Assembly (NCBI GenBank): GCA_021811405.1
Contig: JAJZOZ010000002.1
Location: forward strand, 1 to 59,978
DNA length: 59,978 nt
Direction of reading: 5' to 3'
From: a bacterium
GTDB taxonomy: Bacteria; Elusimicrobiota; Elusimicrobia; Elusimicrobiales; UBA9959
Under the pieces are notes generated by a model. The model did not search any database, was not told the DNA's origin, and saw only the letters and a program-made list of their open reading frames with translations. Every line of letters starts with the position of its first letter. Within the stretch, counting starts at the first letter, position 1. Position numbers and translations under genes: made by a program. Of the stretch, positions 16,648 to 25,800 are shown piece by piece.

Positions 16648-19600
16648 TTAATGTACTATGGCGAGCTTCTTGGTGACCGACTTGGTGCCCGACGGGCTCC
16701 TGGCCTCCAGTCGGTACACGTATACCCCGCTGGCCACGTTCGCCACGCGCCAGACGATCTCCGAGGTGACGCCGCCGGGGCAGGAGTCCTTGGCCAGCCT
16801 GGCCACCTTCTCGCCGGCCACGTTGTAGACGTCTATGGTCACGTCGGCGTTGTCAGCCGGCAGGAACCTGAACGTCAGCGTGTCGCCGCGGGCCGGGTTC
16901 GGGTAGGTATAGACCCTGTCGGAGGTGAGCAGCGCCCCGGAAGGCACGTAGCCGAACAGCGAATACACGGAGAAATGCTTCACCTCGGCGCTGACCTTGT
17001 GCTGTTCCGGCAGCGCCTTGGACGTGTTCATCAGCACCCAGCGCGAACCGTCCAGCAGGTAGACGCGCAGGCTGGCCGCCGGGACGGAAGCCGTCTCGGC
17101 GTCCGTGTAAGGAAGATATATGACCGCCGGCTTCAGCAGCCTGGTGGACGGGTTCTCGAACTTCACCTCGTAGACTATCCCTGTCGGCCTGGCGCCGCCG
17201 GTGTCCGCCTTAACCCGCGCCGAGGCGCCGAAATACTCCGCCTGGTCCAGCCGCGTCATCAGCAGATTGTCGTTCTGCGAGGCGCCGTCGCCGGGTATGC
17301 TCACCTCGGCGCCGTCGGCCAGGCGCACCGAGCCGCCGTTGGACTTGTCGAAGAACCGCCAGTTGTCGGCCGAGATGCCGGAGGCCTCGGCCGTAGCGGT
17401 GGAAAGGTTGGTACTGTCGAACGCCGCCACGGCATAATAGAACTTGAGGTTCGCCGGGGCGGACGTGTCGGCATAGACCGCCGTACCGGCGCCCGCCTCG
17501 GCGTAGGGAGAGGTGGATACCTGCACACCGGAATGCAGGGCCCTGAAGACCTTGTAGCCGTAGACGTCGCCGGCCCCGGCGCCGTCGTCCGCGGAGCGGG
17601 TCCAGGAAAGCGTCAGCGCGCCGCCGTGGTCGCCCGGCCTGTCCGCCACCGTCAGGCCGCCAGGCGCCCCGGGCGCGACAAGGTCGCGCGTGGCCGCGGC
17701 GAAAGCGGTCGAGGAGGGGACGGAGTAATTCGAGTTCGGATCGTAGGCTTCAATGGAGAAATAGTACGTCACGCCGCCGAAGAGACCGCGCACGGTCTCG
17801 GCCTCGCCGGTGCCGTAGGGTCCCGAAACGGCGCGGGTGCTCTTCCAGACCCGGCCAGAGGCCCAGCCGAAAGAGGGATAGGTGGCGTAGCGCATCTCGT
17901 AGCCTGCTGCCGAGCCGACGTCCCCGTCGCCCCCCGGCGCCGTCCAGGACAGGTCCACGGAACCGCCGGCCGCGCCCGGCGCCGCGGCCAGGCCGTGCGG
18001 CGCCGAAGGCGGCACCGCGTCGGAGGAGGGATTGTCGTTGACGGAGAAAGCGGAGGCGTGCGGCGAATCCGCCGACTCATCGTAGCCGTCGAAGGCGCGG
18101 ACCGCGTAAGCGAAGGTCGAGCCGGTCACGGCGGTCGCGTCCAGATAGCTCACGGCCGGGGTGCTGACGCTGGCCAGATAGGAGAATTCCCCTCCGGAAG
18201 GCGCGCGATAGACGTTATAGGCCGTTACCCATGACGAAGAGGAAGCGGTCCAGACAATCGCGATCCTGTTGCCGCTGTCCCCGGGGTTATCCGCGGCGGA
18301 CAGCGAGGCGGGCGGCTGAGGCGCGTGGTTGACGCGCGCCGTCAGCGTGGCACGCGGCAGCGAGCCGGACGGGGATGACTCGGAAGCCGTGAGGCGCAGC
18401 GTGTATAGTCCGTTAGCCAGCCCCGAGACGTCCCAGGAGCCGAGCTGGCCTCCCGACACCTCCGAGGAGGCCGTAGTGGAGACCAGCGTGGTCCACGAGG
18501 CGGGATTCTCCCCCTGCCCGTACTCCAGCAGGTAGCCGGAAAGGGCCGGGTTGCGCAGCCAGCCCCGCACCGGCACCGTGCCGTCCACCACCTGGTAGGG
18601 CGCCGGGGAGGAGATGGAGGCGGCGAGGGCGGCCTTGAAGCCCAGAACGGTCCCGCCCATGGTGCCGGCGTAGACCCAGCCGTTCGAGACGGCCGGGGAG
18701 GTATAGACCGACGAAGAGACCGCCAGGGACTGCAGTACGGCGCCGGAAGAGCTGACGGCCAGCATCCTGGCGTCCACCGTGCCCAGATACATCACGCCGT
18801 TGGCCATCGAGGGCGACGAGAGCACCCCGAAGGCCAGCGTGCCGCCGGCGGACGGGGAGCTGAAGGCCAGGTCGGAGAGCGAATACGGGTCGAAGGCGTA
18901 GATATGGTGCGGGCGCGAGCCGGCCCCGGCGAACACGCCGTACGGAGAGATCACGGGGGCGGTCACCTCGTTCTCGCTGGCCTGGCCGACGAGCTTGGCG
19001 AACGGGGCGCTCTCGGCGGCCTGATTGCCGTCGGCGGCCGAAAAGCGCAGCAGCCTCCTCTCGTCGTGGCCCGGCAGGGCGTAAACGGACCCGCTGCTGA
19101 CCGGCAGCGCTCCGCTGCCGAAGCTCCCCATGGTCTGTTGCGTGCCGGTGAAGGTCCAGGCCGGCTGGCCCGTGTCCTTGTCCAGCGCGTAGACCCTCCC
19201 CCCGTTGGAGCCGAAATATACCGTGCGGCCGTCCGTGGACGGGGCCGATTCCACCGGCTGCGGCCTCAGCGCCGCGTACTGCCAGAGCGGGGCGCCGGTG
19301 GCGGCGTCGAAGGCCTTCAGCATGTTCTGCGGGGCCCCGACGCCAACGTACACATTGCCGTCCAGCACCAGCGGGCTGGAGATAGACGGCCCGCCGAGAG
19401 CGGCGTTCCAGAGGACGCCGCCGGTCAGCCTGTCCAGCGCGTAGAGATGCCCGTCCCTCGACGGCACGTACACCGTCCCGCTGGACACGGTCGGGGAGGC
19501 GTCCACCCAGTCGTTGGTGGAATAGTCCCAGATGAGCTCGCCTGTGTACGCGTTCAGCGCGTAGACGCTGCCGGAGCGCGCGGCCGCGTAGACCATTCCG

Positions 19601-19800
19601 CCGCTTGCCACCGGGCCGGCCACCACGTCGCCCTGAACCTGGAACTCCCACATCTGCGCCAGCGGCGGATAGGCCTGCTCCGGCAGATAGCCGGTGCGGG
19701 CCCGGTCGGCCCTGAACATCGGCCAGTCGGCCGCGGAAACGTTATCCGCCGGCAGGGGCGGCAAGCCCGCCCATAGAAAAGCGCAAATAAGCCATTTCAT
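16648..19800 (-). CDS. Secreted PQQ-like beta-propeller / FN3 x3 protein with a T9SS-type (Por_Secre_tail / FlgD-Ig-like) C-terminal domain
   Basis: ATG 19800 (MKWLICAFLWAGLPPLPA) is preferred over TTG 19824. BamB/PQQ-like repeats are present (WPMFRADRARTGY, VYAAARSGSVYALNAYTGELIW, GHLYALDRLTGGVLW, GRVYALDKDTGQPAW). Three FN3-like units follow (..IAIVWTAS.., ..VDLSWTAPGGDGD..YEMRY.., ..LTLSWTRS..YKVFR). The C-terminus is YPNPARGDTLTFRF..VTIDVYNVAGEKVARL..SGVYVYRLEA..KKLAIVH. Confidence 0.85.
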   Translation of the reverse strand: MKWLICAFLWAGLPPLPADNVSAADWPMFRADRARTGYLPEQAYPPLAQMWEFQVQGDVVAGPVASGGMVYAAARSGSVYALNAYTGELIWDYSTNDWVDASPTVSSGTVYVPSRDGHLYALDRLTGGVLWNAALGGPSISSPLVLDGNVYVGVGAPQNMLKAFDAATGAPLWQYAALRPQPVESAPSTDGRTVYFGSNGGRVYALDKDTGQPAWTFTGTQQTMGSFGSGALPVSSGSVYALPGHDERRLLRFSAADGNQAAESAPFAKLVGQASENEVTAPVISPYGVFAGAGSRPHHIYAFDPYSLSDLAFSSPSAGGTLAFGVLSSPSMANGVMYLGTVDARMLAVSSSGAVLQSLAVSSSVYTSPAVSNGWVYAGTMGGTVLGFKAALAASISSPAPYQVVDGTVPVRGWLRNPALSGYLLEYGQGENPASWTTLVSTTASSEVSGGQLGSWDVSGLANGLYTLRLTASESSPSGSLPRATLTARVNHAPQPPASLSAADNPGDSGNRIAIVWTASSSSWVTAYNVYRAPSGGEFSYLASVSTPAVSYLDATAVTGSTFAYAVRAFDGYDESADSPHASAFSVNDNPSSDAVPPSAPHGLAAAPGAAGGSVDLSWTAPGGDGDVGSAAGYEMRYATYPSFGWASGRVWKSTRAVSGPYGTGEAETVRGLFGGVTYYFSIEAYDPNSNYSVPSSTAFAAATRDLVAPGAPGGLTVADRPGDHGGALTLSWTRSADDGAGAGDVYGYKVFRALHSGVQVSTSPYAEAGAGTAVYADTSAPANLKFYYAVAAFDSTNLSTATAEASGISADNWRFFDKSNGGSVRLADGAEVSIPGDGASQNDNLLMTRLDQAEYFGASARVKADTGGARPTGIVYEVKFENPSTRLLKPAVIYLPYTDAETASVPAASLRVYLLDGSRWVLMNTSKALPEQHKVSAEVKHFSVYSLFGYVPSGALLTSDRVYTYPNPARGDTLTFRFLPADNADVTIDVYNVAGEKVARLAKDSCPGGVTSEIVWRVANVASGVYVYRLEARSPSGTKSVTKKLAIVH
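16651..16905 (-). other. T9SS type A sorting-domain-like C-terminal domain (approximate bounds)
   Basis: The last ~85 aa of the 1,050-aa protein match the Por_Secre_tail pattern: YPNP...(V/I)YD/N..G..V......SG.Y.......KK(L/I)..(V/I). Confidence 0.6.
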
Positions 19801-19843
19801 AATTAGCGTTCCTAAAAACAACAATACCGCCGCGCGGACGCGG

Positions 19844-22800
19844 TCAGGGACCGATGCTCAGCACGTAGGTCTTCCCGTCCGAAGACCCGACTATCAGTGT
19901 CAGGCTGCCGGTGTCTATCACGGGATCGGCGCGCACCGGACCGCCGGTGGGCACGGGCCAGCCGGTCCTCAGCTGGCCCGTATTCACGTTCACCGCGTAG
20001 ATATAGCCATCGTCGCAGCCGAAGTAGGCGTAATCCTCTCCGGCGGGCAGACCCAGCCACGTCCCGGGGATCACCACCGGCGAGGAGCGTATCGGTCCGC
20101 CCGCCTGGAAGCTCATGATCTCCGTGCCGCTGGCCGCGTCCACCTTGTAGAACCGGCCGGCGTCGTTGCCGAAATAGACGTACTTGCCGGTATCGAGGTC
20201 CTTGAAAGGCGACGTGTAGATCGGGGACCCGGAGGGGAAGTCGGCCCAGCCCGACGGCTGAGTGGTCAGGTTGGCCGAGGTCCTGGCGTAGAGCTTGCCG
20301 TCGGTGGAGGTTATATAGAGGTTGTTGCCTCCGAGGTAGGCGGCGTCGGCGAACGGCGAGGACTTGATGGCGGCTCCGGTCTGGAACCAGCTGGAGATGG
20401 CGCCCGAAGCGGTAAGGAAGCGCACCACCTTGCCGTCCTCCAGGCCTATCCAGGAGGCGTTCACGCCCGGCGTGCGGTCGTCCAGCGCCAGCGTGCCGGA
20501 GATGGCGGCGGTGAAGCCGGCGTCGTAGGTCCAGCCGAGGCAGTCGGAGCCGTCGGCCTTGTTGAGGCAGTAGACCCTGTTGTCGGCGGCGCCGAAATAG
20601 AGCTTGGCGCTGGAATCTATCGGATTGGAGACCACCGAGACCCCGAGGGGGCGCTTCCAGATCTGCTGCGAGGAGGCGTCGTTGTCCCTGATCTTGTAGA
20701 TGTCGCCGGCCACGTCCGCGAAGTAAAGGTATACGCCGCCGGACTCCTCGCGCGCCATCGGGGAGGTCTTCACGGAACTGAGCGGGAAGGTCAGGAAATC
20801 CCACTTGGAAGTGCCGTCCAGCCTCAGCCCGCGCAGCGTGCCGTCCAGTCCCGGCACGTAGACGGCCGACTGCACCAGGCCGCCGGTGTAGTAGTCTACG
20901 GGCGCCGTCACTCCGGCCTGCGTGCCCGCGTCGAACGGCCAGAAGGTGCCCGCGGGCGGCTTGGCGGACACTATGATGACCGTGGAGGAGGTCTGCACCG
21001 CCGCGCCTGCCGCGGGCGCCTGCGGCTCGGCGCTGGGGACGTCGGTCAGCACCAGGTCCGTGGAGGGATCGAAGCTTACGCGGAACGCGTTGGGCGTCTG
21101 CGTGGAGGCGTACTGCGCGGCGGTGAAGACCACGAAGTAGGCCGCCGTGGAGGCGGCGGGCGTCCAGGCCGCGGCGGCCGGCGGCACCGGCAGCAGCAGC
21201 GTTCCGGAGGCGTCCAGCGTGATGCCGGAGTTCGGCAGCGAGGCGGTCACCTGGGTATCCAGTCCCGACTCGTAGAGGCCGCTGGTGCCTCCGGCCGAGT
21301 CCTTCACCAGGGAAACGCCGGAGAAGAGGCTCCTGGCCTGGGCGGTGTTCAGCGGAACGAGACCGGGGTCCAGCAAACGCACGGTGACGCTCGCCAGCGC
21401 CACCGAATTACGCCCGGAGAGGCTCGTATCGTCCACCCTGATGGCGACCATCGAGCCCGAATAGCCCTCGCCCAGCCTCAGCGGCGCGGTGGGCGCGGCG
21501 CTGACGGAATGCACGGCGGCGTCGTAGGTCACGCCCGCGCGTACCACGGGCGGGGCGGAGACCGCCCCGTTATCGGTGTTCAGGACGAGCTTGTACGCCG
21601 CACCGTCCGAGAGGCCGCGGCCGTCCTGATCGTAGAAGGATATCCCCAGCTGCGAGGTGGACTGGGCGGCCAGCGAGGCCGGGGCGAAGCCGATGTCGGC
21701 CAGCCGGTAGAGATGCGGCGAGTAGTTGTCCGCCGCGCCGCCGGTGCGCGTAAGCACCAGGTAGTTGCCGGTCCCGGCCGAGGAATCGGCGCCGAGGGTC
21801 AGCCGCAGCGGGAACCGGCGCGGCAGTATCTGCGAGGCCGCGGGATAGGCCAGCGTATTCGCCGCTCCCTGGCCGGCGCCGTTGTTGCGCGAGGCCGGCG
21901 TGGCGGAAGCGGAAGCCGCGAAGTCGGCGGCGTTGCTGCCGGTGTCGGACCCCTCCGAAGGGCTCCTGCCTATGGAGCCGGACGCGTTGGCCGGCGCCCA
22001 GGCCGCGGCGCTGACCAGGGCGGACTTGTAGTTGCGCAGCGAGTAATTAGCGCCGGACTGCCAGGTCACCCGGTCCACGGTCTGCCCGGCCGCGTTCTCC
22101 AGCGCCGCGAAGTCCCCGGCGGCGTTCAGGCCGGAGGCGCCGAACACCGACGCGTAGGGCAGGGCCTCGTCGCTGAGGGAGGAGGCGTCTATCAGCGCGT
22201 AGGAACGGGCGTAGATCTTCCTGGTGAACCTGAAGCGGCCGTTGTACGAGCCGCGCAGGTAATAGCCGGCCAGCGCGGGCGTGGAGGCGCCGGTATTGTA
22301 GAGTTCTATGAACTGGTCCGCTAGGGCGCCGTAGGCCACCTCGTTTATCTTGACCGGATCGGTGGTTATCGCGTTGGCGTAGCCTTTCGTGGGCGTGGGG
22401 TCGGCGTCGAAGTAGTCGGCGTTGCCGTCGGTGACGCGCGCGAACGAGCGGCCGGACTGCAGCGCGGGCCACTGCACCCTGTCCACCACGTTGCCGCCGG
22501 AGTCCTTCAGGATCAGGTGATAGCTCTGCGCGCCGTTGAGGTCCAGCGACGGGGCGGCCGCGAAGAAGCCGTTGACGTTGACCGTATCCACGCTGGTACC
22601 GGTCCAGACCGTGGTCTCAAGTCCCGGCAGGTCTATGGAGCCCTGATCGTAGACCAGTTTCCAGCCGGTCAGGGTTATCGTGGAGGCGGTGTTGTTGAAG
22701 AGCTCCACCCAGTCCTCGGCCGCGGTGGCGCCGGCCGCGTAGACCTCGTTGATATAAAGATTGGCCGTCTGCGGCGGCGAGGAGGCCTGGTTGGACAACG

Positions 22801-25800
22801 GCGAGACGTTATTGGCCTTGTCGGTGGTCTTCACCGCGAAATAATAGGTCTTGCCCACGTCCAGGCCGTAGAGCACGCGCTGCTCCGGCTGGCCGGCCGC
22901 CGCCGGCGCCCAGGCCTGCGCGTAGGTGCTGGCCGCGCTGAACAGCGCGTCCGTGATTATCTGGAAGGTGGCCAGCTTGACCGTGTAGTAGCCGCCCGTA
23001 TTGTCCGTAACCGCGCCGTCGTCCCCGGGGGCCGTCCAGGACAGGCTCACCGAACCGCGCACCGGTCCGGGGGCCGCGGCCAGGCCCGTTATCGCGGCCG
23101 GCGGCTGCGTGTCCTTGAGTATCCGGAACGCGTCGACCAGCGTGGTGGTGCTGGAGGCGTTGTCCATGGCGCGCACGCTGATATAGTTGGTGCCGTGGCC
23201 CAGCAGCGAGAAGTTCAGCGCCCAGTTGGACGTGTAGATGGAGCCCAGAGTGCCGGAGGAAATGACGGTCCAGCCCAGCGTCTGGATGCCGGTCCGGTTG
23301 GGACCGCTGGAGGCCGAGTACTCCAGGCTGCTCAGGCCGGAGCCGCCGGTATCCGCGAAGTCCACGTCGTACACCGCGCCCTGCGCGGCGTTGCGCCAGG
23401 CCCCGTCGTAGCCGGCGGCCAGGTTATTGGTGACCGTGGGCGGCGCCGTGTCCTTCTTCACGTAGAAGGCGTCCGTGATGACGGGAGAGCTGTTGCCTGC
23501 GCTGTCGCGCGCCCTGACCGTCACGTAGCTGATCCCCTGCGGCAGCAGGTCCCACGTGCCCTGCGCGAACTGCCAGTCGGCGGTGTAGGAATCGGCGTTG
23601 ATCCCGGATACCTGGTCGGTCCAGTCCTGTACCAGCGCGCCGCCGCCGGCGGGCTGCGAGAGCACCCTGGTCTGCACCGAGGCCAGGTGCGAGCCGCCGG
23701 AATCCGTCGCGTCGATGTTATAGAAGACGCGGGAATTGCGCCAGGAATCGTCGCCGGCCTGGTTGTCTATCACGGTAGGCGGCACCGGGTCCTGCCTGTC
23801 GAACGCGATGCCGGCCGGCTCGTAGCTGAAGTCGGACACGGTGTTGGTATGCTGGAAGTTGGACGAGGCCGCGGTGCCGGCCCACGAAGTGCCGCCCCAC
23901 AGCGTGGTTTTCAGGTTCCCGGAGATATCCATCCCCAGCGCGGTGATCTTGTTGGTGTTCGGGTCCGGGTACAGCGCCAGCAGCCTGATGTCGTTGGCGA
24001 AGGTGGTATTGGTATTGGCGGTGGTCACCGACGGGCTGGCCGGCGTCCACGTGCCGCCCGACCAGGTTATGTAATCGAACTGCGTGTCGAAATTGCCGAT
24101 ATTGTCCACGGCGGCCGCCAGGAACCTGCCCGACTGGGATTCCCAGGCGGCGTCCGTGATGCGGCCGAGATTGGAGGACATGGAGGTGTCCGCCGCCGGG
24201 GAGGCGCTCCAGGCCTCGGTGCCGAGGGTGGACTGCCAGATGGAGACGTACCAGCCGGGCGACACGGTCATGATGCTGGCGCCGAGGCGGTTAGTGGTCG
24301 GGTCGGCAGCGACGCGCAGCCAGTAGACCGAAGTGGAGCCCACCGCGGGACCGGCCGGGGTGGCCGCGTCCCACGTGGACGAGGCGGAGCGCCAGATCTT
24401 GTAGGCCGTGGCGGTGCCGGCACCCCACAGCGCCACGGCGTTGCCGCTCTGGCTCTCCCAGCCGCCGTCGAAGCACTCCGTGGTCGCCATGGACGCCGCG
24501 GTGGTCAGGTTCTGCACCGAGGTCCAGGCGGAACCGGTCCAGACCGCGGCCGTGAGGCGGCCGTTGGCGTCCAGGGCCATCAGCAGCACCCTGTCGGTCC
24601 CCGGCATGGCCTTAAGCCGCACCCAGTTGACGTCGCCGGTCAGGCCGGTCAGCACGAGCGGCGCGGGCGCGCCGGCCCAGACGGAGGCGGTAGCGGACCA
24701 CACGGCGTAGGAGACGGTCCCGAGCGTACCGTTGTTATACACCGCCAGCATCCTGCCGGTCAGGCTTTCAGGGGCCAGGTCGAACTTGCGCGTGGCGGAG
24801 CCGCCGGGCGCCGGCGCGGGCGAAGGCGTGATGTCGCTCCACGCCGAGGCGAGCCCGTCCCACTTCAGCAGCTTCAGGCTGTTGTCGGAGGCCAGGAAAC
24901 CGCCTATCTTGGCGTTGGCGACTACCGGGACGGACTTCAGCACCGCCCAGCGCACCGTGGCGCCAGTGACCAGCGAACCGCCCTGCGCGCCCCAGATATC
25001 GGGCGTCCAGTTCCGGTAGACCGGGATATTGGACGCGCCGGAACCGTAAACTATCATGCCGGCGGCGGCCCCCGCCGGCGTGGCGCTGGAGACGGGAACG
25101 TTGGAGATGGGACCAACGTTGCCGGCCTCGTCCACGGCCTTTACGGCTATGGAATAAGTGGCGCCGGGAGTGAGGCCGTCCAGCACGCGGATCTCGGGCA
25201 GGCCGTAGGCCGCCGGCGACCAGGTCTGCGTATAGGTGGAGACCGCGGGCGAGGCGAAGTTGGCCCCGGTGATGAGGAACGGCGCGTAGCGCACGATGTA
25301 GGACGTCGCCGTACCGGCGTTGGCGACGCCCTTGACGCCCTCGCCCGGGGCCGTCCAGGTAAGGGATATCTGACCCTGGAAATCGGCCATTACGGCGGCC
25401 AGGTCGGCGATGGCCCCCGGCGGCGTGGTGTCCGTGCCTGCGTAGGAAGAGGTCGGGTTGCTCAGCGGCCCGGAGTTGCCGGCCTTGTCCACGGCCTCCA
25501 CGGCGAGATAGTAGGTGGCGCCGGCGGTGAAGCCGCTCAGGACCAGGCCTTCCGGCGAGCCGGCGGCCTTCGGGACCAGCGTGGAGACGTAGACGGCGGC
25601 CGCGTCGAAGTCGGCCTGGCCGGTGAAGGCGGAACCGGTCTTGTAGCGGATCATGTAATAGCTGGCGCTGCCGGTCAGGTCGCTGTCGCCGGGGGCGGTC
25701 CAGGACGCGTCGATGCCGCCCTCGCCGGCCTGGCCGGCGGAGGGAACGGCGGTCAGCGTGGTTATGGCCGACGGCGGCACCGTATCCTTGAGGATGTAGA

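Noticed and set aside
15121-18234. Plus-strand 1,037-aa ORF.
   Set aside because: It is antisense to the PorV-like and propeller/FN3 genes, with Arg/Gly-rich composition.
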